A program made the translations under genes and the position numbers. A DNA stretch of 64,000 nt from the NCBI GenBank assembly GCA_965153285.1, contig OZ229113.1. One strand, 5' to 3'. Position 1 is the first letter of the stretch. Every line of letters starts with the position of its first letter. Below, piece by piece: positions 1 through 30,200 of this stretch. Under the pieces are notes generated by a model, which ran no database searches, had not been told where the DNA came from, and worked only from the letters and a program-made list of their open reading frames with translations. Origin of the DNA: Podarcis tiliguerta. Taxonomy: Eukaryota.

Positions 1-616
1 ACAAAAAGCAAACAAACTATTGAAGCTCTATCTAACCTTACTTTGCAAGCAATAAATATGTCATGGCAGAAATAATTTCCAGGGAACCAGATCTTGCAGA
101 ATATTTGACTTTGGAACAGCACCAGCCAATAAAGCAGCAGTACACAAATTCTTAAATTATTTAAACCACTTGGCTTTCTTTCCATATTACCCTAGTCAAG
201 TTTGAAAGGGAGGTTGGGAGCAGCAGTTCATATAACTTAAAAGTCTATACAGTAGTTGGTTCTGCATGGACAGCTTCCTGAGTGAAAGTGATTATAGCAT
301 CAACTGCCTTTGTTAATTCTTGGTGAATTTCCTGAAGTATAAGTGAATAATGCAAAGAATGTTACTGCATCTCTGGGAGGAAACCTGACCCTTGTTTCCA
401 AGGATGACCTATTAAGAAGATATGAAAAACAATGAAAACAAGGAGGCAGGCTAAGGTACATTATGCCTCATTATGGTTCAAAGTATGCTTGGAATTTACT
501 GTACTTCTCATATATAAGAATTTAATAAGTAAACAGTGCCTGAGAACAAGAGACATTCCTTCATATTTGCTCCATTCTTCAAATCCCTTTCTGAATGGTC
601 AGTGATATATATTTAT

Positions 617-864
617 GTGTGGTGTAGTGGTTAAGAGCAATAGAAACTCGTAATCTGGGGAACCGGGTTCGCGTCTCTGCTCCTCCACATGCAGCTGCTG
701 GGTGACCTTGGGCCAGTCACACTTCTTTGAAGTCTCTCAGCCCCACTCACCTCACAGAGTGTTTGTTGTGGGGGAGGAAGGGAAAGGAGAATGTTAGCCG
801 CTTTGAGACTCCTTAAAGGGAGTGAAAGGCGGGATATCAAATCCAAACTCCTCTTCTTCTTCTT
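617..864 (+). mobile_element. tRNA-derived SINE (Squam3-like) with (CTT)n tail
   Basis: Box A GGTGTAGTGGTT, box B GGGTTCG, CTT tail; near-identical inverted copy at ~15392-15637. Confidence 0.8.
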
Positions 865-2089
865 ATGTTAGGCATAAAGCAGTTAGTGAGCCTTGTGGAG
901 CTTGTTTCACAACCTTCATGCTCTGCTCTAACATGGAAAGAAAAGAGTGTGAATTTATTTTATCATATGTGTAAATCAGGGGTGGGGAACCTACAGCCCA
1001 TGGGCCAATGCAGGCCTACCAGTGGATCCAATGCAGCCAAGTGAGGCCATTTCCCCCAAACCTTGTCCATTGGCTGACATCACCGGGCAATTTGGGGTGA
1101 TGGGTGGAGTTCAATTCTGTGTTGGCTGCTCCTGCTGGTTCTGCAAAAGGAACTGGCATGTGCAGTCAAAGCAGCAGGATTTAACGCCTACTCACCAGCT
1201 GAAATATAACAACTCAATGCCCTCATATTTGTGCATACTATGCCTAAATACTGATCAACATGCAGACAAAGCAGAAGAAACTTTGCATATTTAGTTCTTC
1301 AGACAGTAATGTAAACCTGATAGCATTCTTCTCGCCTTAGACTTTAATATTGAGGTTTTCTGGCCCTTGAGAACCACTGAATATAAATCCACAAAAGGAG
1401 ACTTTTCAAGTAGAGAAGGCATTTTTTAAAACAACCACCCAATTATTAAAAATGTCTCTCTGAAATATAGGTTGGTATTAGTTAACAAATGTAATGTCTT
1501 TTTTTAAACGTGGCAATTTTTTGTAGTGCATTCAATTCTATTAGAATGGCATTTTGAGAAAATAATTGAAGAAACAAAAGATAATGAATTAATCCAGTAC
1601 AAAAAGAAACTTGTTTTTGTGCAATAGATTTGTTCATTTGAGAGAACTAGGGGAAACTGATGGATTAACAATAGCGATTAACAAGATTTATCATAATCCT
1701 GGTTCAAGGGTACTTGAACTGCCCAATTCGTCTTCACTTAGCAAAACACTTAGAGCTAGCTGAAATGCCTTCGAGTAGGAATATTTCAGATTCCAAAGCA
1801 CTAGCAAGCTACTGAGTTAACTGTTCTCTCATGCTCAACTCCTGTGCCTGGGGAAAAGACATAGGATCAAGCCCATTCCCCCCTAAGTAGCATAATTCTC
1901 TGGTCAGCCGGATCATCTATTTCAAGGTGTCAGCTTTGAACTTTGTATGTCAAAGAAAGCTCGGAGTCTAGCAAGCTAGAAATCCCCAAAGGGGCAACCT
2001 TCCCCACATAATTATTGTGGGTAATTTAACCATTTTGTACTAGCAGCATGCTATCATCCCCTTGATCAAAATGCTCAGGGAGATCTTGA

Positions 2090-2385
2090 GATGAAGAATG
2101 AAATCAAGGAAGCACCCAAAAGAGGCATTAGAGTAATGGGTGACTTCAACTACCCTACATATGGCTTTAAGAGAGGATTAGACAAATTCCTGGAGGTGAG
2201 GGCTATTGATGGCTACTCTGCAGTTGGAGGCAGTAATATCAGTTGCTACCACAGGAAGCTGGAGTGCTCTTGTGCTCAAATTCTGCTTGCGAACTTCCGA
2301 CAGGCCTCTGGTTGGCCACTGTGAGAACAGGATGCTTGGCTAGATGGGTCATTGTCCTGAACCAGCAGGCTCTTCTTATGTTTTT
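2090..2385 (+). mobile_element. CR1 LINE fragments
   Basis: Endonuclease-like VMGDFNYP and RT-end GFKRGLDKF plus 3' UTR; related copies at ~47095-47355 (+) and ~19040-19230 (-). Confidence 0.7.
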
Positions 2386-2687
2386 AACTATGAAATCCCA
2401 GTTGCGTAGACCCCACAAGCCCAGATTACCTCGCACCTTTCATCATGAAAGGAAAACAGAAAACAACACACTTGACACTTTCTGGGTATTCAATTGACTG
2501 AAGACACTATTTGCTAATGTTTCCATAGTCACCTTTGACTGGATTTAACTGTCCAGGGGTCATTTATCTTTACCTTACCATAGAATTTACCTTTTTTTTT
2601 CTTGAACTAGAACAATGTGAAGCAAGGTCATCCTTTTTGTGAAGAGCTGTCCCTAACTGTCAAGACTTTGTAGCTCTTTCATGACAC

Positions 2688-3012
2688 AGAATCTTAAGAG
2701 TTGGAAGGGACACAAGGGTCATCTAGCCCAACCCCCAGCACTGCAGGAATCTTAGCTAAAACATCCATGACAGATGGCCATCCAACCTCTGCTTAAAAAC
2801 CTCAAAGGAAGGAGAGTCCGTCACCTCTTGTGGGAGTCTGTTCCACTGCTGAACAGCTCTTACTGTCAGGAAGTTTTTTTGAACATTTATTCAGAAACTT
2901 AAAGCCATTGTTTCGAGTCCTACCCTCCAGAGCAGGAGAAAACAAACATGTTCTCTCTTCCATGTGAAAGCTCTTGGGATATTTGAAGATGGCTATCGTA
3001 TCTTCTCTCAGG
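2688..3012 (-). mobile_element. CR1 LINE 3' fragment
   Basis: AGAGTTGGAAGGGAC...GGTCATCTAG..CAACCCC terminal motif followed by degenerate RT end. Confidence 0.7.
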
Positions 3013-3099
3013 CATGCCTAACAGTAGTGTGATTGGGATACTTTCTCATAAGGTCACTTAGCAAAACAGGTATTTCCAAACCACCAGCTGCACATTAAT

Positions 3100-6000
3100 G
3101 TAGAGAGAGAGAAATATTTTATTTTTCGTAATCGTGAAAAAAGCACAACTTGGGGGGGGGGGGGCTGGCTGCAAAAATACACATTAGGCACCTTAATACA
3201 AAGCACTGTTTGGTTTATTAAATCACATTGCTCCCTGTAAAGGACAGAGGGAAAACTATTGGGCAAAATGCTGCTTGTTCACACTGTAGCCAGTGACAGT
3301 GAGTGGTAAAACAAAAATGAATGTTAGAATGACATCCTGACACTTTCTATCCTTAACTTCTTCCTTTTCGATTTATAAAAAGAGAATTTTGCTTCAATTT
3401 ATTAGTTGAGATGGAAGAAATAGTACAGACCACAAGTTCAATAGATAATTTAAAGGGATTGTTGTCCTCAGGTTTGTGTAAGACATACACCCATAATAGA
3501 TGCTCGTTAAGACTCTGTCTTTTGCCACTAGATGGTGCTGGTAAACTCTTTTGATGCACTACTGACGGAAATCGAATGGAGTTTTCCATCCCATTATTAA
3601 AGGAATGTTTAAGACAGCTATGGTGTTTTAACATTTAGATACACTGATGGAAGGGCTTTGTTTTCAATTCTGAATCCTTAGGATAGCTATGGAAGTGCAA
3701 AACTGCATGTTTACAGTTCACTTAATAATACGTACAGTGAACACCACACATCTATGGACAAGACCTACAGCCAGAAAAGTGAAATTTAGTTGAGAACTCT
3801 AAAAAAAAAAATAAGACACATAGCCTAGTATATTAAGCACACATATTTACTTAATTTATACAGAACTGAGTAGATAAAATTTCAGATTCACATTAGTGAA
3901 AAATCTCTACAAAATGTTCTTGAAAAGCAAAAACAAGACTGGCTATTTTATTCAGCATTTCTTTTTCATGAAAGCAGGTATGGGTTGTAAAAATAAAGCA
4001 GAGTGTTCAGCACAAACTAAATATCTGCATCACTTTTCACAGTTATTTCCATCTACAGTCTGAAGAGGTAGATTTTCTGCAACACCTGAGAACTGAACGG
4101 TAACGTAACCAGGTGTAATAGAGAGAGGAGAACGGATTGGGAAGATACAGCCCCCAAGCATGTATGCAAATACACTTAAGAATTACAAATGAAAAAGAGT
4201 GTTGGCTTTGAGGGTCCTGTGTGAGAATAGTTTAGGATTCTAGGGCTTAATCGGCAGATTAACTGTGCATTTGAACCACCGGTTATGCAATAGGAAAAAC
4301 AGTGCGCTCACCCCCCCCCACTGTACGCATCATTGCAAAAGGTATAGAGAGATGGACGGTACAAGCAACAGCCTTAAATTTAGCACATGATTACTGGAAT
4401 TCGCACATTAAAGCAGCTGCCAGTGGTAAGCATGGGTTGTACAGGTGGAAGTACATTGGAAAAAAGAGCTGGAGAATAGCAGCGCAATTCCAGATCAGAC
4501 AAGGACTGAGCTTATCCCATGCTGGCCCTCTCACTGGTCAATGTATGGAATGTCTTAAGATTTCAGGAAACAAAATTTAGTTCTACACTTAGAAAAGACA
4601 GGAACCAGAAAGAATAGTCAATGCAATTCAATTACGTTTAAGTATTAGTGGCCACAATCCTTAGGGTGTTTTAATGCACTGTGACTCAAAGTCTACTCTT
4701 CTCTAAAGAGAGCAAACGTTACACCAATCCTGGCTACAGGCAAGGCAACCACATACATTGGGTTGGTGGGGTGGGATGGTTCAGATACACTGCAGTTTGG
4801 TCCTTCAAAATTGCATTCAGTTTCAAATTACTTACTATGACGTCTTTGCTTACACATATATTCTTTAAAGTATTGGACAAGGTTGTTCTTTTTAAAGGAA
4901 ACATCAGGAAATTTCTCTCCAGAATCAATTACAATCAAATGGTTATGACTGACAAAGCTCATTCTACCCTTCCTCACTATAAAACCTCCCACCAGCTTTG
5001 CTTTCTTTTACTGTACTTGAAATGCATACCAAAAAAGAAAAGGAAAAACTGCAAATGCACCTTATAAGGAATATTCACTGGCCAGTTTCCAAATTAGGTC
5101 ACTGCAGATGCCAATTTGATTTTGCTCAATGGTATTAGGTAACATTCAGTAGGTGTGATCCAACCTTTATTTCCTTTCAAGACATCTATTTCCATTCTGT
5201 ACATTTCATCAGGAAAAGGGTAGCACATAGCAACATAGCCTGAACATTCAAGTAATCTGCAATTCAGAGAGAATGGGTAGGCAAGGAGAGAACCTGCCAA
5301 CAATTATGTGCTTGAGTCAGAAATCCCTTAAAAATGAAAACCAAATTAAAGACCAGAAATAGGAGTATTTGTATTTTTCAAAACAACCAGCAACTAGAAA
5401 GCTACTAACTGCAAGGCAGAGTTAAACAGCAGCTTCTGACCTAGTAGCACTCTGCCTAACATTAACAAAGAAAACACTATTGGTCCCTGTCTTTTAAATA
5501 AATAAAAGAAACACAAGTCCAAATTATGGGGGTATCTGGGCTTTTCCAGGTCAATCTACATTCACAACACTAACCACAAACGCAACAGAAATAAAGTGGA
5601 GCCTCGCTTGCTGTATATTAGTTAACTGATGTGCCAAATCTACCAGGTAACCTATAGATACCAGAAGGCACTTTTGCTTACAGGTGTGTTTTATCTAGTC
5701 ATACGTTTTTATTTTACAAAAGCAATAGTTGAGAAAACAGATCAGAGTATTCCCCCCCTCCATCCCTAGACGACAAACTGTATTATCTATACTCTGACCT
5801 ATCCTTGTTAAATAGGCAAGTAAGTTTTCATGGGAACATGTTTCCAGTAAAATATGTGCATTATGGTCTGCTGTACTGTCTATTAAAGGGACCAACAGAT
5901 GGAGCGTTATTGGTCATTACACCCATTTTCAGTGATGAACACCTTTGTAGCTGTTCATTATCTCATGCTAATTAGGCACCAAACCTAGTGAAGAAATAAT

Positions 6001-6887
6001 GGGAGAAAAAAGTACTTTTGCCTAGCACCCACAAACCAAAAACCCATTGCATTTTGTTTTATCAGACAAGCCACAACTACACACATGCATTTGTAGGCAG
6101 TAGGTTTTAACTATTAAGGTTTTATCTCCAGAATGATGCAAAACTGTGCTCAAAATGCATCTGAGCTTTGGTCAGTGGTTAGTTGGACAAACTTTTGAGC
6201 ACCCGTTTTCTTCCCTTGTTTCTTCACTTTAACAGGTCAGGCAACAGTCACTCCATCTATGAATTGACTGTGCAGGACAATCCTGAGAAATATGTGAGTT
6301 GTACACCCTGTTTTCCAGTTGCAAAATTATATAGATTTCAAAGCTGTAGGCAAGACTGCAGCTACACTAAACCCTGTAAGAGTTTTTAGTTTTGTTCATA
6401 TATGAATCCAGTAATGAGCTCCCACTGGCCATCACATCTCCAATTATAGTTCACTGTAGTATTTGGTCATTACAATTCAATACTAAGCCTTAATTCACTT
6501 AACAGAAGCAACAATTCCCTCCCCCCCCCCTCAAACCCGAGTCTGCGACACTCTGGCCACAGTTGTTCCCCTGACATGATGTTAAATCTGTACACGAGTC
6601 TTAGATGACATGGTGATGTGTGCTATGGGGTCAGAAGGAAGGAATCTGCATGCATCCTTTATGAGTTCTGTTTTAAAAAACGAGGCAGATGTGCAACACA
6701 GTTGTGGAAAATTTATAGATAAGCTATTCAATAGCCGCTATGCAGCTTCCTGTACCAGGCAAGTTCTGTTCTAAGAAAATACAGATATGGTAGAAAAAGT
6801 AAGAAAATTTTCACCACAAAACTAAGAGTTACCACCACCAGTTAAAGTTATACACAAAATATATCTCTCAATACAGTGTTTACACTT
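3100..6887 (-). other. TXLNG: Probable long TXLNG 3' UTR
   Basis: About 3.8 kb with no recognisable repeats, unlike its flanks; minus-strand AATAAA at 3118-3123 and 3214-3219; the end point is inferred. Confidence 0.5.
3523..3540 (+). promoter_or_regulatory. Candidate CTCF site
   Basis: TGCCACTAGATGGTGCTG closely matches the CTCF core CCASYAGRKGGCRS. Confidence 0.55.
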
Positions 6888-24442
<17,555 letters not shown>

Positions 24443-24469
24443 AGTGTGACGGTAATACCCAAACAAGCC

Positions 24470-24740
24470 GGCCTACGCCGGAAGCGCCTCCCCTCAGCCA
24501 ATCACCGGCCACCCTTTCCCCTGTCATGTGACGCAGAAGAAACGCCCACCGCTTGGGCCCGGGTGAAGAGGCGAGTGAGGGAGCGAGCCAAGGACTCGCT
24601 GGAGAGGCGGCCGGGAGAGCAGCTTCGGACTACAATTCCCAGCATGCCCTCTCGCTTTCCCTCCCGCCCGCATTGCTTCGCGGGAGTTGTAGTCCAAAGC
24701 GCGCTTCCTTGGTAGCGGCGGGGTGCGCACATGTCCGCTG
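24470..24740 (-). promoter_or_regulatory. TXLNG CpG-island promoter
   Basis: ETS CCGGAAG ~24478, CCAAT ~24498, E-box GTCATGTGAC ~24523, ZNF143/THAP11-type ACTACAATTCCCAGCATGC 24629-24647 and an inverted ACTACAACTCCC 24682-24693. Confidence 0.85.
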
Positions 24741-25265
24741 CGGGATGCCTTCCACTCCTGAGGCGCTTTCTCAGCAAAGCGCCCCACTCCAGGCTGGGGT
24801 GAGTCCACTTCATTTTCAGGAGTTGTTTTTGTAATCCCGGACAGGCATTCCGACGTTTCCTGAAGCTGCTAAACGTAGAATGCTGGCGGGCGAAACCCTG
24901 GTCTCTCAAGGGGTGGGGCAATTTAGTGTGAACACAGTACCGCGAAACAGCCTCATTAGCCCTGCTTTATCCAGGAAGAAATGTACTTCGCATTAAAGGA
25001 GTAGCATCAGCAAAGAGGAGGCCTGGAGACTTATTTTTAGGATCACAGTTTCACTTCCACACTTTTAGAACAGTATGCAACTAAGTTAGAATAGATCCCG
25101 GAAATTAATGGACCCAAGGGAGTCGTGTCCATTATTTTCAGTGCATCTACTCCAGGTAAGAGTAACTTTGGATACACCCCAGTGCCCATCTAATTTAAGC
25201 ACAGTGTAGTAAGTGAACACTAACTTCAGTCCAGGATACTGTTTATACATCTAAAATAAACAAGG

Positions 25266-25271
25266 TTTATT
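25266..25271 (-). terminator. Candidate SYAP1 polyadenylation signal AATAAA
   Basis: Plus-strand TTTATT at the end of an AT-rich ~1.85 kb 3' UTR-like stretch. Confidence 0.5.
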
Positions 25272-26982
25272 GAAAGCAGGCATACAGGGACGTCAAATCC
25301 TTGTATGTATTCCTGTGTGTAAATCACATCCCTATTAGTTGTTTCGGTAAGGGAAAAGAATAATACAGCTTATAAGACATCCTACAAGACAAGTTAAGAC
25401 TCAGCTTGGCTATACCTGCTAAAGGAAAAGCCCCCCCCCCCCATCCCAAGCCTAGTTTTGCAACCAGCGTGCCCTTTAAAGGAAAAACGTAATTAATCCA
25501 ATCTGGCAGTGTGTAACAGAAAACTCAATCTGCATAGAAACATCTCTTAATAAATATTTTTGGACTTTTAACATTTGTTACATTTTCAAAAAAAAAAAAG
25601 GGTGTCTATTTTTAAAATTGACAACACCGATTACCACTTCAGATAAATTCTCTTCTAATGCACAGTATCTACTTCATTTTATATAATGTTTCCATTTTGT
25701 ATTAGCCTTCTAGTATAGTAGTAGTGTATTAAATTATATACATTAGCATAATGATCCTCAGAAGTGCAGACTTCACACAAAGCCAAATAACTTGCTCATG
25801 TATTACAGAGAACCAAGCTATTTCCTGTAGGAAAACAACAGCTTATTTATGATTCTGTGAAATCTTTATTTGGGAATTAGTAAGAAAAGATGTCTCGTGA
25901 ATTCTTTACATCTGGACATCAAGCTGAGTTAACATTATGCTTTAGCAACCCATCATTTCAGTTACTAGTAACTAGTTTATTCTCCAGCAGTTTGCTCAAA
26001 AAATCAAGTTCCTAGTACTTTACATTTTAAGCAAAGGCAATAGAAGTCAATTACTGACCCAAAGTTAGATGCGTAGTCTCCTGCAACACTGCGAAATATA
26101 ACATATTACCACCTTCCATTCAGTTCTGATCCATTTATCCAGCTGTAGGTGTTGCCTTTTCAGTCTAGGATGGCAGTCATATTTTGACTTCTGATTATTC
26201 ACACTACAATGTTCCTCCCACACCTTAATAAACATTTAACACTTATGAGTATAGCACTACTCAACCACACCCACAGGCCAAGCCTGAATTTCTTGCTATA
26301 CTTTGGTTCTACTTTTTAACCTATGCTTCACTCTAAAGTATATTATACATTTTAGCAATTAAATGAAGAGATACTTTTATCTTAAACAGAAGAACTGAAC
26401 CGTTTTTCTTCTAAAACACTCTATTATTCTTGGAGTGAAAAAATCCCAATAAAGTAAGTGAACCCTGAGCCAGTTGATGTGCCATTTATGTATATCTTGA
26501 GCGGTCATTGCTTTATCTGTCCAGTGACTAAAGTGAGGATAACTGAATCACTGAATTTTTGATTAGCCACACCATATCATCACTCTAAACCTTCACTGCT
26601 TTTGATGTCCAGGTGCCGACGTTCTGCTAAGATAAAAAAAGCTATAGACAAAGCCTGATAACACTTTCTAAGAGAACATATGGTATTAAGGGACTAATAC
26701 CTAGATGTATTATGAACTTATATTTATAAATGAGCCAAAGGGATCAAAATATTAACATGACTTCCTATTACTTGTAGGAGTACGGTTAGAAGTTTTCAAT
26801 TTTCACCCCAGTACAGAAAGCAGCTCACAAATTATTTTTAAAATTCCGATTATCCAGTTAACATTTCCCAGCAACTTTTGTTGTTTCATTAACTTTTAAA
26901 ACTTGCCTCGCATGCCACTGGATTATTAACAGTATTTTCAAAGAACTGTTTTTACACCCGATTACATATCACCTGGAGTCCG

Positions 26983-26983
26983 T

Positions 26984-27019
<36 letters not shown>

Positions 27020-27021
27020 TC
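26983..27021. repeat. (TTTC)n microsatellite in SYAP1 3' UTR
   Basis: Direct reading. Confidence 0.95.
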
Positions 27022-27112
27022 ACAAAGAGCCATTTTATGCCTTAGAAAAGTCTCTGAAGCAAGTATAAAAATGGGTTCACATCAGTTTCCAAAAAACATT
27101 TATGCAAAGTGG

Positions 27113-27240
27113 TTAATTTTCTCCTTGTAGCATTTCCTCTATTTCTTTGTCCCAGTTATCATCTCGTTTTTCTGACTCTGCAACTACTTCATATTCTTGA
27201 AGTTCTTGTTGTAGTTCCTTTTCCCAGTCTGCAGTTTCTT
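27113..27240 (-). CDS. SYAP1: SYAP1 last coding exon ([13 protein letters not shown]...GEN*)
   Basis: Acceptor ttgtttttag, TAA at 27113-27115. Confidence 0.95.
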
Positions 27241-30200
27241 CTAAAAACAAAACATATACAGGTCACAGGACTGAATAAATGTTGCACTAATTTAGTACTA
27301 ATTTTGCTAGTAAGGACTAGTCTACCCACATAACAAAGTGTTGTGTACCAGTTCAAACTGCAAGTAAGGGGAAATCACAATTGTTTAAATACTTCTCTAC
27401 TTTGTCAGTTTACACTCTGTTCTCTTTGGCATTCACATTTCCAAGCTTTCTTAAGCATGAACGTGTAGAAAACAAACCTGTACATCAAGAAATTACTGCT
27501 ATATTTTTGACTAAAATATCTTCCAAATGCTATGCATTTGGGAATTGCTGGTGTCCCAGATTATCTAATCACATGCAAGGCATGCCGATTGAAAGAATAC
27601 TCTGGAAGGGCCAGAGCTGAGCACATACAGAAATAAAACCCTTACTTGGATGTAAGTTGTATGAAAAAGCTGTTCCCAAATTAGTGACATCTAGGTTCCC
27701 TTTTCAACACTGTTCTCTTCCTTGGGATATGCACTTCCTATAAACCTAGACATCCAAGTACTCTAAATCTGCAAAACCAGTTTCCTGCACATACTGCTTC
27801 AGCCACAATCCAGGAAATAAAGGATACTGCTGTTAACAATTATGGTAAGATCCTTCAAGACTTCAGAATGCAGGGAAGATGAGCAGTGTTAAGAACAGGA
27901 CGCATGTCTAGCTTTGCTTATTATAAACCACCCTGCGAGCTTTGGATAAAGCGTGGTATAGAAACTTACTAAATAAATAAATAAATCAAATAAGCAAATA
28001 AAGGCATAAATCTTACTATTTCAGATAGCCTATCCTCATTGGGTAAGGGGATATTTCTAAAACTATTTTTGATTCAAATATGGAATATATTTACAAATAT
28101 ACCCATAAAGAGAGGGAGCAGAATTTGCAAAAAGATTTTTTTTTTTTACCTTCTACTAAAGTTGTTTCCTTGCTCTTGTCAAGTACAAGTTGTTCAATCT
28201 CTTTCCTCAAATCTTCCCGATTCAAGCTGCATGCATCAAAAGCGTCACTCACAAATTCTGATACACCTGGGCTAGTTGAAATTTCTTCTTCCTCCTTAAA
28301 TTGGAGATGAGAAAGGAAGGAAATCCTTATTTACAGGAGATGGTGAAGGAATTTAAAAGTGTATATATATATATACTAATATCATGGGCATTTCTCCTTA
28401 ATGTTATGCACCGTTTCCCTATAGCGAAAGGGAAAACAATAAGGTCACATGCACAGAATCTCTACACAGAACAAAGGCCTAATAGGAATTTGTAAAATAG
28501 CTTATCTTCATGAGAATCATCATGGCAGGTAGAAGGGATAGACAAAGTCATTTTGCCCTCATTTTCCTTCTGTATTACTTTCTTAGGAGATATGCAATGC
28601 AGCAGAAAGCATAAGTCAGATGTGGAGAATCACTGGCCCTCCACATGTTGATAAGCTACAACTCCCATCAGTCCCAGCAGACATTGTCAGGGATAGTGGG
28701 AGCGGTTGTTGACATCCATCTGTCTCAAGAGACAATGGAGTGTGACTGTGGGGATGAAGTCAAACCGCTAGCAGCACTGAAGTGACCTCCCCAGGGTGCA
28801 AGCCTGGGCAATGTGCTCGAAGGTCCTGCAACATCTGGAGGGTCAAAGGTTCCTCATACCTGGTGCTGGCCAACATTACAAAAACAGCTACCTTTGTTTT
28901 CCAGCTGGAAAATTCAGCACTGAGCTATGCCCTTCCACTATTCCTTTTCACGATCCCATCCCACATCTGGCATTAATGGTATAAATAAAATACTTGAATC
29001 AACCATAGCAAAGTGCAAAGTTTCCCAAAGAGAGGAAGTGATGTGATACAGGGTTGGGGAAGGGAAAATTGCACTTTAGCTGCTCAGCTAGAACTTGCCA
29101 ATCATAGGCAATCACTTGATTAAAAGGGTGACCTCCTTTGCTCAGGATTCTGAAGGTCCTCACACAGCCACCATTTTAAACCTTGTTTCAGCCAAATTCT
29201 TGATTCCTCCAGTACATTTGTGAAGCAATTTTGGAGTTGGCCAAACTAACATGCATCTAAAAAACTTAAAGTATAAAAAATGGTTATGCTGTAAATACAC
29301 ATATTAATCTTAACTGGAGAATAATGTTACCTCTTGAGGCTTTAGCTGAGATTTGATCGCTACGGGTGGTGTCTTTGGTCGTACAGTTTCTAGGAAAAAG
29401 ACAGAAAGGATAGAATTTAGAAGAGCATTTAAAGCTTAAGTTGTGGCTGAGTGAACAGTGACTCAAACATAACAAGCCAAGTACAATACACTCACACACT
29501 TCCTCCCCTTCCTCTCTCTCTCTCTTCACACTAAGGATATTTAAAGCTTCTGGTTCTGATTTATAACAAGCTGCAGCTTCCCTTTATGAATAGGTAAAAT
29601 TGTGGTTTGTACAAGCCATGTTATCCAGTTTGATTTTCTGGTTTGTTAACCATGGTTGAACAAAATGTAGTTTGAAGCTTTTTGGTCAGTTTGCAATGTC
29701 TTTGCTTTCTTTTTTGTGGAAGAGAAAGAGTGTGTTTGTGTGTGCAAATTCTGTGCTTGCTGCAGCTCATATGCATATGCATGACTTATTCACACGTCTG
29801 ATCCCACAATTCTTGACTGGCCTTGATAGCTGAAATGGATTTTGTCGTTGCCAGGAGCTACCCATCTCCTTGTCCCTGGCCTTATACTGTGCTATAATGT
29901 GAGGTTAGAGATAATACTCTGCTTCCACCTCAGGCTCCAAATTTGGAGCCTTGGTAGTTTGTCCTTGTGCTTTCAAGGCACTCCTTGTGTTTCAGTGCAA
30001 TGGCCAAACCACTCTATCTTCCTCCTAGCCTTAGAGCTAAGGAAGGAACAATGATAATCCACACCCCCATGTTCAGCTCCTGAGGTAAAAAGCTAGGGCT
30101 TCATCCCCACCAAAAGGCAGCAGCACAAGCTTTCATGAAGAGCAAAACTCTCTACATGAAACTATTTTTAATTCTTAACAGAGAAAGTAATATAACTGAA

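Noticed and set aside
1-3050. RBBP7 terminal exons expected from mammalian synteny
   Set aside because: No WD40 or MAENIYNDEE-type coding sequence found; probably left of the window
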